DNA of 64,000 bases, from positions 62,001-126,000 of the forward strand of contig JAPEUD010000020.1 of assembly GCA_026026165.1 (NCBI GenBank), written 5' to 3'. The position numbers and the translations under genes are program-made. Shown piece by piece: positions 25,901-38,038 of the stretch. The notes below the pieces were generated by a model that was not told where the DNA came from, did not search any database, and saw nothing but the letters and a program-made list of their open reading frames with translations. How positions within the stretch are numbered: the first letter of the stretch is position 1; every line of letters begins with the position of its first letter. Source of the DNA: Sarea resinae. Its lineage: Eukaryota.

Positions 25901-27974
25901 GCAGGAATCCGGTAACGCAAGGTACCTGGCAATGGTATCAATGATAGGAGAGACGGTCGACGATGAATCTGCGTAAGTAAATGATTCGATGGGAGACAGA
26001 GACGTTCTCTGAGACGTCCAACGAAAAAGGTCAAACATTGCGGTACCGCCTTGTACTTCAGTACTTACCCCTTAGACGTCCGACGGAAATCGCCAGACTC
26101 TACCTGGTGGAAGTGGTGGAATGGTGAGACGTTCGATGAAAAACGCCTAAAATAGGGGAACTGGCAGCCATGGAAAATCTGAGACGTTCGACGAAAAAAA
26201 GTCAAAAACGATGATTGAAGGTCTAAAGATACAGGGACCAAATTCGAGAATCCAGCAGCATGAGGATCAAGGAATTTGTGTCTGTATAAACCGAGTCCTT
26301 GAAAGCTTGCTACAATTCTACACAGCCGCCTCAAATGGCGGGCTGCTGCCTCTGGCTCTATGGAAAAGGGGGTGACGATCCTAACGCTGTAAACCATTTC
26401 AGGAAGATTTCAATTGCAACGAGAGATTTGCATGATGACGCTCAAAGTCCAGACATCACTCCCTAGCTTCGTTTATCGAGCTATTAGAGCCGGAAAAGCC
26501 TCCGAAAAACAAGCTTTTGCTATCATGTTCTCTCTGCGCATGGCTAGATATGAGAAGAGTTTCTCGCCTTGAGACAACCATTGGCCAAACTTCGTATGCG
26601 ATTGCATGTCTAAGCATCAAGAGAGTATGGCATCAAGGAGGGCAAGCTTCAGCTTAACCGTTGCAGATCCGCAGAAGGGGAGCGCAGAAGACAGGTAAGA
26701 GCTCATCTGTGCCAACGAGAATATCGGGCCTTATCAGCTACGGTAATCAAAAGCTTTTTTTCCCTTGATTTCCATCCACGAAGAGATCGAATGCCCTTGG
26801 GCGTGCCGGAGGGATGTGCCCGTGGCATGAATGAGTGCTCAGTCAAAAGTAGAGCCAGAAAGACAACCGACCGAGCGAAAGTATCGCGAGGCTTTTGAGG
26901 GGGTTTTTTTCTAGAGTCGGAAAATAAGAGCATGGCTTGCACGATGAGAATATTTAGATCAGTGTTACCGACAGATAACAAGCTTCGTCTGCTTAACATT
27001 CCAAAGCAGTGACAGAGGATGCATATCTCCAAGATAAAATAGCAAGGATAACTACATCCTTAGCGAAGGGGACTCACACTCATTTTTTCCAGAATCAGGG
27101 GGTTCCCTCTTCAGCCGAAGCCAATGAGTGTCTACAGAGGACCATTGACAAGCCAGAGTCGACACTACATCAGCATACTGATGGGATATCGATCTGGGAA
27201 AGGTTACGCATTATGAAAAAGAAATCCTCATTATCAACATATAAAATACGAGGTCAGCGAACCATCCGCAGTGGTGCGACGAGTTCAGAGGAGTCAAGCT
27301 TGTTTTAATGGTAAGAGATAACAAGTGAGTCTGCGGGGGCGGCTTTAGGATCATATATATAGCGGCTGTTGTAGCTCGTCCGTCGTTGTGGGTATAATGA
27401 GCTTCAAAATCACCAGCATCCACCCGGTATAACGTCAAACAAGGCAGATTCTACAGAGACGACTCTAAGCGTGTAGGTAGTTGAGTTGGGCGATTCGGTC
27501 GCCTTGCCCCTGCCTCTGGGGAGCAAATCTTGCGGTGCAGTACGCCGCGGAATCCCGAGGAAGAGGAAGTAGCCGCGCAAGACAATTGCAGCTGCATGAA
27601 ACTTGTCGCTCCTCTGCTCTGCAATAGCATAGTAAGCTCCTCAAGCTAATTAGTCACGATCTGAACATGCTTTCGACAGGACAAGCTCGAATCTCGGGCC
27701 ATGACCGCAAGACGACTAAGCTGTCAGCGTGTAGGACAGAGGACGTTTGTCTACTCCTCGTTTTCTCTGCAGAAAACCGCGGAAGACTGAAGATTAGGCA
27801 CACGAGGACAAAGCCTCGGAGAACGACATACCGGCCCTAGATGTGGCCCGCTGAAGAGGTTAGATGCTGACGTAAAAGGGGGGCCACAGTCACCACGGAG
27901 CACATGATGACAAGCCTGCCTACAGCAGTGGCATGGCAATCATATCGTGATCCGTATTGCGTAAAAAGGTTATT

Positions 27975-29460
27975 ATCGTTACCGTGCAGACTTCAGGCCT
28001 AAGAGACCAGCTGACAATTTGGGACTATATCGGATAAAGGCAAAGGAAATCGCAGACACGTTTGATCCTAGTTATGCTGTGATCCAGAAGTGGCTCGGGC
28101 TCGACACGGACGACAACTGGACTGAAGAAGGATTAGTGGTTCTCCCAGACATCTTTGTTGGTTGGACAAGGCCGGACTACACGCGATCTTCCATGAAGAG
28201 TTTGCGATGTACGAACACCAGCGAAAAGTCAATGGAGCGGACACTCTTGGCTGGGTCCGCACCATGTTCCATTCCCATACGGAAGCTTGACAATTGCTAA
28301 TCTCTGATGATAGCCTGCCTTCATACCTCAAAAACATGTCTGAACAGGTTTTCTGCCCTTCTTTTTCGTCGTTTGTTTTTGGACATTCTGTATTGCATAC
28401 ATCTGGATTTGCTGCACGAACAATTCGGTCATCTCCTTTGATGTTGTCTGGCGGCTTCTTCTACCATTTGATCACGTGGGGTTTCTCACCTTCGTCTTAG
28501 CTGTCTGTCATGACTATCAGGCTTAGATATCTCGCCGTGTACTCAGCGAGCGTTGACGTCACTTCACCTAGTCCTCGACTCGTACGAAGCTACTGCCGTA
28601 CGGGGAGCGTCGGGTGTTTCTTCGTCCATGATGAAGATGGCCTGGTTTGTGCAAATCAAGACTCATACTAAAGTGCTGCCGTATGGGGACGGTCAATGTC
28701 GACAACGATTGGAAAAGATCCGATCGAGGACAGTCGCGACGAAACAATCGGTTTCATGCTCTTTGCTCTACAAAGAGCATCACTGCCGGTCTGCGTGATC
28801 TGACACATCAGAAGAACTTCCTGTCTATCTTGCTTTTTATCACAGAATCGCTGCAACTCAAGCAAGTTCGTTGAGCATCGCCTGAACACTGTGTAAGAAA
28901 GGTCTGGTGTCAAGCGGGGAGCTTTTCTTCTGCACGTCTCGCGGAAACAGGAGAAGTGGCTCGGTTCCAGCCTTGCTATCTTCTGGGAAACTTCAGAACG
29001 GAAAAGGCAGGACTCATGAGACTCAAGCGTAAAATTGCTGATCTTATCGCAACATCGATTGGACACCGAGGGGGTAACGGTAACAGAAGTCTGCTGTCGG
29101 CAACTGTTCTTTCCCACATCCCGCAAACAGGGCGCTGGTCCTCTGAGAAGCAGCGCGCTTCCAGCCCTGCTGTCTTCCAGAAGACCTTAGAGGAGAAGAT
29201 TGGGCTGATGACTATCGGCTTTCAGGACACAGAAGGTGATTAAATTGTCAAGTACAAGGAAGGTGACGAATACGTCAATCGCCTCGACAGACTGATGATA
29301 AATTCGAAGCTTGGAAGCCAAACTCAGCAGATAATCAGAATCCCTAGCACTGTCTGTTTGACTCTGCTGCAAGGAGACAACCAGCAAAGTATAGCAGACT
29401 TCCATCTCTTGCTTAGCAAGTCCATCTTCCGGGCGCTTGCAGATACCAGAAAATGAGCAG
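27975..29460 (+). pseudogene. Fragmented pseudogene(s) of unknown protein
   Basis: Protein-like pieces (GLYRIKAKEIADTFDPSYAVIQKWLGLD...GLVVLPDIFVGW; FQPCYLLGNFRTEKAGLMRLKRKIADLIA...FQDTEGD*IVKYKEGDEYVNRLDRLMIN...) continue across stops. Confidence 0.45.
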
Positions 29461-32424
29461 GACAATCGAAACTTCGGTGCTCGTCACGAGACCGAGAGCA
29501 ACGAAAGCCAGCAGCTGAGATGGCCATCGAAGTCGACCTCTATGCACGAGCCTGAGCGCGTCTCTCGAACTGTCGCGATGAGATTCATTCATTGATATAC
29601 GGGACGCCTAATATTGGGCGAGCATTTATCCTCTTTTTCTTCTTGTTCACCTCGAATGAGCCTCTGATGTGTCGCCTGCCAAAATTGCCAACTGAATATA
29701 GTCTGCCGCCATGAAGCTTGCGGCTTGCTATACTCGTGTCCTCGTACCGCCACATCATACTAAGACGCCGCCGAGGCGCCTTATAAGCTCTTCAGCATCG
29801 TCGTCTGCGGTCCAGAAGCTACTCAGGAAAGATGCTTTCCTTTCGATGGTCCTCACGAAACCATTTGGGACTTGGAACAGATGTGGTAAGCCAAAAGCCA
29901 AAGACGAAGCTCTACCTTCTCAAGAAAGATCAAGAGATTTTATCTCGAGAGACTCACATAGCCTAACAAGGATCCGGAAATGATGAAAAGAACGGTAGAA
30001 GATTGTTGGGATATTACACGGCAGTAAGTAGGATCATTGATACCGAGTTGCCTGACGTGTTTGGGAGTTGTGCGGTCGAGTAAGAAGAGATTAGATGGAG
30101 ACTGGGCGCAAAATAAGATAAGACAAGGAAGATACCTAGGTAGGTAATCAGAACGATCGCGATCTGGAAGTATCATGATAAGATCAATAACCTCGAAAAT
30201 ACCTTACCTGAGGTACCTAAGGTACCGTATCTTAGGTACCTTATCATGGTGATCAAGATGAGAGATCTAGATAAGATCAAACCAAAATCCGCGCCAAGCT
30301 CAACGAGCAGAGAAGAACGCAAATTCCAGCCCCTTTCCGGCAAAAGTCTCTCACAGCACGGCAAAAAGGGGGGTACGATAACCCTCAGACATCAATTTCA
30401 TCCTTGACTCGACGGCTTTTCTAATTAAGAGAATAACATCGAATTGCGACTATATACTATAGCAAATAAGGCAAGCAAAGTCCATACTACGGCACAATGC
30501 TTTTGCGGATACAAGTGTCGCGACGTCAAAAAAGGGGGTAAAACCATCAACGAAAACATCAGCAGCACTGAGAAAGTATAGAGGCACTTTCCTCGTGTAA
30601 CAATGCTCAGGTAGACACTTCAATCCGGGATCCCTGTGCTGGAGATGAGCCACTCCGACCGACTGGGGGTACCTAGACAGAGATTGCCAAGGTCTCCGTA
30701 TCAGGATGGGCAAAGCGGTCCCAGAGATCATTGAGAAAGCGGCCGCAGAGCCCAATACCAGAAACAGAAAAAGCGCCGAAAGCTACAACAAAGAACACAT
30801 GGAAAAATCCACAGCGGCACTTGCAGAGGGGCATTTCTAGTACTCTGAGCATCACGGAGACTTAACGAGGTAGAGTCCAAGGACCTCAAGAAGGAAAAGC
30901 AGCCACAAATGCTTCTTGCTCGTAATCTCTTGGTTCAGAGCTCAGGGCCTAGGTGTGGATACTACGATCTGTATCCCATACGCACACAAACAGCTCATTC
31001 CAAAAATCTGGCGCGTTGTGAGAGATTCAGCGGGACGTTGAACGCGGCTCGCGTTCCAAGGCAGGGCACGGGATGCAGGTAAATTTATCCATACGCTTCC
31101 ACGAGCTTTGCTGGCATGCTCAAGAGTTCCCACGCTCAGGCTTGTGAGTACAGGCTCTCGAACAGTCTCCACGAACATCAGAGCGGAGAGTGAAGAGGAC
31201 TACAATAGCGAGACCGTGATCTTTGTGCTCTATCTTCTAGAGGTGTAAAGCAAGCAAGGCACCACTCGAGATGAATTCCTAGAAAGAATTAGGCATTAAA
31301 GACAATCCAGACGCAGAAATGCACGATATGGTGCAGTCGTTCCGGATCGCTGCATGCTGTCTGGTAGAGGATGCTCGGGAGCCTAAAGTCTCGATCTAGC
31401 GCGTCCATCCGTGCCCGCAAGAGTCGAATAGTGCATCACGAGAAACACAGCCGCAAACTCTTCTTCTGAAGCTAAGGCATTCTTACCTGTCATTCACAAT
31501 CGCTCCTCTGGATCTCATGCTCCAGCAAGATCTGCCTCGATACGGATACTGTTCAAGCAGCCCCATCTGAGATCTGCTCGTATTCGAATTCGCTTCTTGT
31601 TTGGCGCACAGCGGCTTCCCTTGTTCCAGCCCGAGCCCTGACGTCTGCGAGTGTCTGCGATGCTGGTGCGATTAACGTTCAATGCATGGCTACGCTAAGG
31701 GACTTTAGGAACGTTCATCTCTTAGTTCTGAACGCGAATCTTCGAGCCCGAAAGAGGGACTACATGACATAGAGGCTTCCGGTGCAGCCGCCCTTCGAAT
31801 GTGGGCCTGGCGCCAGCCTCTGTGCATGAAGTTCATCCGCCGGTAGGGTCAACGTTCTGCTGGAAAGACATCAGCAGCAGCAGCAGCAGCAGCAGCCTTC
31901 ATGCTTTGCTCCAAGCCGAGCAGTGCTCATAGCACACGCTCTTCGGGCATTGCTAGGGTGCGCGCCTTTCTGGACGTAGAATGGGTCTGGCTGTGCTCGT
32001 GGGCTTCAGACATCGAACGTTGTTGTGGCTATGAAGCAAGCAACTCCCTCATGGCCTGTATGGTCGTGATCCCACACCCAAAACAGTCAGGAACCGATGA
32101 TTAGAGCCCAGACCATAGCCTTGTGGAGTGGGTACTGCTGGGAGACGAAGCAATCGGGCTCAAGGAGGCTTTAAATTCGTGGCTGGAACGAAGAGTGAAG
32201 GGAGCAGTAAAGGCTTCTCATAGTTGTCTGCGGCTACGCCGTGGGAGGACTATTACGCCGTTGAGTATACAATAACTGGCTGTCTTCGCAGCCAAGATAT
32301 TGATAACAAGGCAGGTTCCTGCTCACATGGTCTGAGCATCTTTCAACCCTTGGCACGAGAAAATTCAGCGTGTGGGGCTGAAATAATCGGGTCCCAAGAG
32401 GACTCGGGGAGTGAGATGAAGTGT

Positions 32425-32535
32425 GAGAAAGTCAGGACGCCAGGCGTAAGACGAAGCGTTAGAATGACAGGGCCTCCAGGCGTAAGACGAAGCGTGAGGA
32501 AGTCAGGACGCCAGGAGCGAAACGAAGCGTGAGGA
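32425..32535. repeat. 35-36-bp tandem repeat, 3 copies
   Basis: CAGGCGTAAGACGAAGCGT core at 32441 and 32477, with a diverged copy at 32512. Confidence 0.8.
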
Positions 32536-34479
32536 CGACAACACGGCTGAAAAAGGAAAAAGCGTCCGAATCGCACTCGCCAAGAAGAACCTGCTCGAGT
32601 TAAACGGAAGAAAAGAAGTCATGCCGCGAGAGGACGCCTAGGCTTGCAACTTCTAGCTCAAGGAACTAAGGCATCGGAACTCAATCAGGTCACAAGAGGA
32701 CTCTCGACCACTTCAGATCGTAGCAAAGTTGTGTGCTGTGGAAAATAGCATGCGGAGGAGTGTTCGAGTTACAGGAGACCTCGAAGGCTAAGAGGATGGC
32801 GATGAAGGAATAGATCAAGGTGAAGTGGAAAACGGGACAGTGATGGAGGACGAAGTGTGGAAGAGGAAGACGAAGAAGAAAGTGAGTGCACCTAGTACAG
32901 TCTTGCAACCAAAGGCAGTCTTCCGGGCGGAAAAGGAAGCAGAGCACAAAAGGAGCCGATTAAGCTACCCCTCCGAGTCAAAAGACCGCCCCGCATGTCT
33001 TCTGTCTTGCGAATTAACTCGGATTCCAGACTTCGATCACGAGATTGGAAAGCAGTGCAGAAACTCAGTGTTCCCCGATCAGGGGTTGGAAACTGATGTC
33101 GAAGAACTACGGCTGGGAAGAAAAGTATCCGAGTCCCAGGGGACAGGCCATTGAAGACCTTGATAATTTTCCCGGTCTTTATCTGCCGTGCTCAATCTCA
33201 GACTACCCCAAGGTCAGGAGCAGAGGACGCAGAGAGAACGTAGATCCGGGAACTCCCGCATGTGTTTTCTCTCTTGCTTGCCTATGAAGATCTCACAACA
33301 ATTGTTGCGCGAGCTTCTAAGTCATATTGATGGCTATCTCGTCTCGCGAAGGGAGGAGAAAAGAGTGTGAGATGAAGTGAGGCACGTCTCGTGAATGCAA
33401 ATTATACGCAGAGACTCTACAGCCTCCAACCTTTGGCGAGGGAAAACGGTCCCGGGCTGTCAGAAGTGCTTGCGTCGAAGGAAGAGCCTCGACTCTGCAC
33501 TCCACCTCTCCACGGCGAGCAAGCAAGAGCAGCGCCGGTGTCCTCTTCAAGCCATCGGCCTCAGGAACGAAAATAAAAAACCGTAATATATCCAGGGCAA
33601 AACACACCTATCCACTGGATCAAAACCATACTCGAAACCAAACAAATCAGCGCCTCGGTGCGCTCGTCGCACCACCAAGTCATTGAAAGACAATATCTGC
33701 CAACGAACCTAGGTGTATAATACTTGTGCCACATCTGACAGTCACATTCGACAGTATGCTCGATCAACTGCGACGCTGACGCTCGTCTGCTGAGTCGAGG
33801 ATGCATGGAACAGACCTACCGCGTCCGCACGCTGTCTGCCCAGCTAGAAACCGACAGCACGGCCGCAGCAGTCACCGACAGGCTCGGTGCTACTGCGAAA
33901 CCGATGCATGCATCTCTGCCTGTCTGCCTGCCTGCCTGCTTGTCTGCGAGCGAGCTCTGATACCTACCTACCTACCTAGTAGCATTCAGTAATGGTCATC
34001 CGTACAAATCAATGGTGCTCTATCAAGAATGATAGATTTAGAAATAACCCTCTCGCCGCAAAGACAACGACTTAGTCTTTTCTGTCCGGACGGAACGGAT
34101 CAAGACGCTAGAATCAGGCGGCTCTGTACCTGAATGTCTTACTTCTAAACGGTCAAACCCTGGACGAGAAATACCCCTGGATAGGGAAACGAGGAGAGGC
34201 ACTCAAAACTTGAGGCTGGTAGCGCGGAGGGTGGGGCTCCTGCCCTGATCCCTACTCATAGGGAAACCGGGGGTCGCAAAACAGATGAGAAGTCTAGTAT
34301 TACCTCGAGCACCGGGATTCTCAGCTCTAGGTTTTCGCTGGCCTAACTGTGGAATCAAATGGTTTCACCTAAGGGAACCATCTACATCGGCTCTATATGG
34401 AACGTCGGAATCTAATATGTACCCGAACAAACAAAAGCTCTTCTTAAAAGAGCCCTTCCTTTCAGTTTGGATGGTTTTG

Positions 34480-35640
34480 ATATTTATTTACCACCTACTG
34501 CGCTACTACCTTGGGTAGTAGTAAGAAATCATGCATTACTAGAAGACAGATAGCCTCCTTAATTCTAAGGCTGCCTTCTGTTATCTAGTCTGTAAGGTTG
34601 TAGAGGACATGTTATTTAGGTCTATTAGTAGAGAGTCTCTGCGTATGCAGTTATCAGCCCTAGATAGCATTTAAGAAGCTACAGAGAACTACATGACTTT
34701 ATATTTCGAAAGTCTACCTTTACTCTCTTCTAGTAAATCTATCTCTACAGATACAAGAGGCGCTACTATATAGGTAGTAGGGAAATCAGTACAACCTGAT
34801 TCTTCTACGCTGTATTAGTTGTTTAGCTTTAAATAGATACTACTTATCTCACCTAACACTAGCACTCTAAAGAAGCAACTAAATAGAAAAGATAGAAGAC
34901 AACTCTCTTTACCCTCTACAGCCTAGACCCTCTAGAGCTACCTCAGACGTCTAAAATTACAAGGACTAGTAAACAAATAAACTTGTTCCTATATAACACT
35001 ATCTAAAAAGAGACTACTATAACCTACCTAGCTTATCTAGTTTATTACCTACCTACCTATTTGCCTAGTAGGTACTATATAGCAGCGCACCTTAGAGATA
35101 TACACACTACATTTAGTAATCTACCTCTTCTACTTATATATCTGTAAAGAGAATATATTTGCCCTAAGAGTAGTCTTGTTTAAAGCTATTAGATATATTA
35201 CCTAACCTACCTATCTATCTTCTTACATAGAGAATAAGATCTACTAGCAATTCTGTTGATAGAAGGACTATACTTAAGCACTATATTTTCTAGAGAGAGA
35301 GAGAGAGAGAGGCCTGTTTATCTAAAGTAAGTATCTGCTATTATTATTATGATCATACCTCGCTGCTACAAACACTAGGTACTGTCTCCTATTTTTATAA
35401 AAGAAAGAAACAAGTGTCTTATATTAGCTACAGCCTAGCCTAGCCTAGCCTAGCCTATTGAAAATCAAATAGAAAGTAAGATAAGATAAGAGAAGGCAAG
35501 AGAAGTAGTAGCCTATAGATAACAAAAACAGAGCTAAACAAAACAGCGAATACATAGGAAGCTAGATATGTGATAGTAAAGCTAGTTCAAACAGCCTAGG
35601 TAGCTAGCCAAAGTCGCAAATATAAAAGTAATAGCCTTGG
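34480..35640. other. AT/TpA-rich, RIP-like mutated tract including (TAGCC)n and (AG)n
   Basis: Visible excess of TA/TAG/CTA and low GC compared with flanks; abrupt return to normal composition at ~35640. Confidence 0.75.
34501..34773 (+). pseudogene. Divergent histone H3-like gene inactivated by RIP-type mutation (histone-fold region)
   Basis: Frame from 34501 reads RYYLG***EIMHY*KTDSLLNSKAAFCYLVCKVVEDMLFRSISRESLRMQLSALDSI*EATENYMTLYFES...TRGATI*. It aligns with H3 [59 protein letters not shown].LFE...KRVTI. Two stops fall at conserved Gln positions. Confidence 0.8.
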
Positions 35641-35841
35641 AGATTTTCAATCCCGTGCTCTGTAGACTCTCTCCGCCGGAAGCAGGCATTCACTCTCTTC
35701 TTAATTCCTATCACTCGTTCAAATACTCAGCCACTGAACCGCATTCGTGTGCTGCTACCCACCACTCCCTGATGTACCACCGTGGAGCACCAAGCCACTT
35801 GATCCCGGTGTGTCTCCTAGCCCGTCGTTCGAGGAAGAGGA

Positions 35842-38038
35842 TCAAACCTTCTCAGGGTCGTTGATTCCTCCGTTCGTGATGACGTACGTGGCCTCCCTCT
35901 CTGGACAATCTGCATTTCGTCCGTAGACATGAGCCTCTTTTCCCTTCTGTATTTACTATCTCTGCCCGGGGTGGCCGGCGCGTTTGTAGTCACAGCATTT
36001 GCAGACAAACAGTTCGTAGGCAAAATCCAGACAGAACGTAGAGGGTATATAGACAAAACATTCGCATTCCAAAAGAACCCCTGAACACGACATAAACTCA
36101 CCAGGTGAATCCTGAATCTTGGCCACCCGCTCGTCGCCGCGTCCTTTGCGGAGGAGCACCCGAGTCGTCGAGGCGTGGGCGAGAATGTGGCCACCGACTG
36201 GTTTTCGGCCGTCAGCGCCAGCGAAGAGGGCGGATGCGCCCGGGTCGGACTGGACTTGGTTTGTCTGGTGGATGGGATGGTGAGTGGTGAAACAAGAGGT
36301 GAGGAAGCCAAAAGTTGAAATGCCTTTTGAGGGAGAGTGTGGAGAGGGGAGTGAAGAGTAGAGAAATCAAGGTACTGAGATTGAGATCTTTGGCAAGGAA
36401 AGAAGGGACGACGGAGTAGGGAACAGAGAAAAAGATTCACAAAAGGACATACCATCAGGACGCAAACATTGAACTCTTCGTGCAGGGAACGTCAGCTTCC
36501 GAATCGACCATAAGACTAGAGAGAATGAACAACAAAACATACCCTCAGCCATGTGCGCAAGCTTCGACAAGAATTGATTTAATTTCTGCTGGCGTTCGGC
36601 AAGCTCACCACGACCACTGAAATCAACTCGAAAGCAATTCATGATGCTGTCGATGATGAGGAGACGGTATTCATTGCTGGCGAATGACGCGGATAGGGTG
36701 TTGAGGAGTTCAAGTTGATGCTATATGATCAATTTTATCTGTGATTGACGATGTAAGCGTCGAGGGCTTACCTCGCTGTTAAGAGCACGAGCGTAGGCGA
36801 TGTTCTCTTGAGCTTGTTCGGGATCGACTAGAAGAGTCAATTGTTGCCATGGATAAAACAAAAGGTGAACGATACCTCCGAATCTTTCCGCAATTTGGGC
36901 AATCCTATGCTCGTCAATAAGATTCTCCAGGGAGACAAGGATACTACCTCTCCGGCCTGAAAGTTCCTTCAGTGTCTGCATTTTCTATCAGCAAGTACCT
37001 CCATTGATGGACATAGGAGCTCACCAATATACGCCGCCTTTCCCTCGGCGCCTCCCATTTCCTTCTGCCAGTCAGTAGCTATCAAGACTCTTGAGGCTAC
37101 TCCCACACCTTAGGCAGCTGAAAGATCAGCGAAGAAATTCGATGGCGCCGATGCTGCTTACCTGACAGATGACCGACATGGTATGAGATAATTGTGTCTT
37201 TCCGCAGCCTGGTGAAATTAGTCTCTGCTTTTTACAGCATCGCGTGACTGACGATATTCTCCATAGACCTTTGCGTGTCAGCGAATTTTCAAGTTTTGGA
37301 CAGGAAACATGCCTCGCTGATGCTCATGCTCTGAAAGCCGCTATTACAACGTCAGCATCATTCGCCAATTCACTCGCGATACCCACCCTCCTAAGACCGT
37401 ATCAAGTTGTTTGCTCCCCGTGGAAATTCTGACCACTTTCTTCCGCAGCTGCCCCAGCTCCTGCGCAGTCATGAAGCCGAAAGCAGATGGCTAAAAAGCA
37501 TCGGATTGTAAGGCATAGGTAAAAACGGCGGCAACAGAGATAGCAATAGCATCTCACGCCCCAGTGAAACTAACCAAACACTTCCCAACAGCCTCCTTGA
37601 CCTTCTCGACCTTGATCTCACTGAAGCCTTTAATCTTAAGCAGAGTCTTTCTCGTAGCAGCATGCACCGACTACCGTCCGACGACAGACAAGCAACAACG
37701 TCAGCCATCAACCCGATCCAGTTCAGTGACGCCAGCCCTGAGAGTGTAAGAGAACGAATAAGAAAAATATACCGCAACGGTATAATAGCCATTTGCTTTC
37801 AACTTGGTGATGTCCGCCACCCCGATGCCTGGATGGATGGGATCAGTATTGCTAGCATTTCACAGCCAGCCTCGAGAAGGCTATGCCAGAGTAGAAAGAT
37901 ACCGTGAGCTTGGATCGAGTCGATGTCGACGATAAAGGCATCCTATTTTGCAATGAGTCAGATGGTCAGTAACGTCCGGACGATGACGATGATGTGGCAT
38001 ACTTCATCATCGAACTCGTCGGCGATAGAAGCGGGCAT
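35842..38038 (-). CDS. DMC1: Meiotic recombinase Dmc1 (17 exons)
   Basis: Manual splicing gives an open frame: [44 protein letters not shown]...[38 protein letters not shown] (Walker A)...[12 protein letters not shown]...LLIIDSIM (Walker B)...[12 protein letters not shown]...NQVQSDPGA...[15 protein letters not shown]...[25 protein letters not shown]. Confidence 0.95.

Larger units (their letters stand above)
16200..35640. other. Decayed ~19.5 kb island of pseudogene fragments and repeats (probable degenerate large insertion)
   Basis: No ORF above ~150 aa. Many protein-like fragments interrupted by stops and frameshifts, residual splice signals, local tandem repeats and TpA-rich ends. Boundaries are approximate. 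Confidence 0.7.

Noticed and set aside
25950..26200. CRISPR array
   Set aside because: Eukaryotic locus; repeats are short and degenerate, spacing varies and no cas genes are present.
30211..30241. 11-bp inverted repeat AGGTACCTAAG...CTTAGGTACCT as an element terminus
   Set aside because: Similar TACC/GGTA-rich palindromic sequence occurs in ordinary intergenic regions (e.g. ~11700, ~56495).
34020..34480. Telomerase RNA or other structured ncRNA
   Set aside because: TAACCCT is not followed by the expected template continuation; the short hairpins are of chance length.
34503..34542. Helitron 3' end (CTACTACC-TTG-GGTAGTAG hairpin followed by CTAG)
   Set aside because: The hairpin is not GC-rich, CTAG is not followed by T, and the segment lies within the H3-like coding remnant.
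16200..35640. Definite Starship, Helitron or LTR retrotransposon call
   Set aside because: No recognisable tyrosine recombinase, RepHel, RT or integrase motifs and no TSD or TIR found by eye.
36367..37792. DMC1 as a pseudogene (only small ORF fragments in the track)
   Set aside because: Manual splicing yields a complete, stop-free reading frame.
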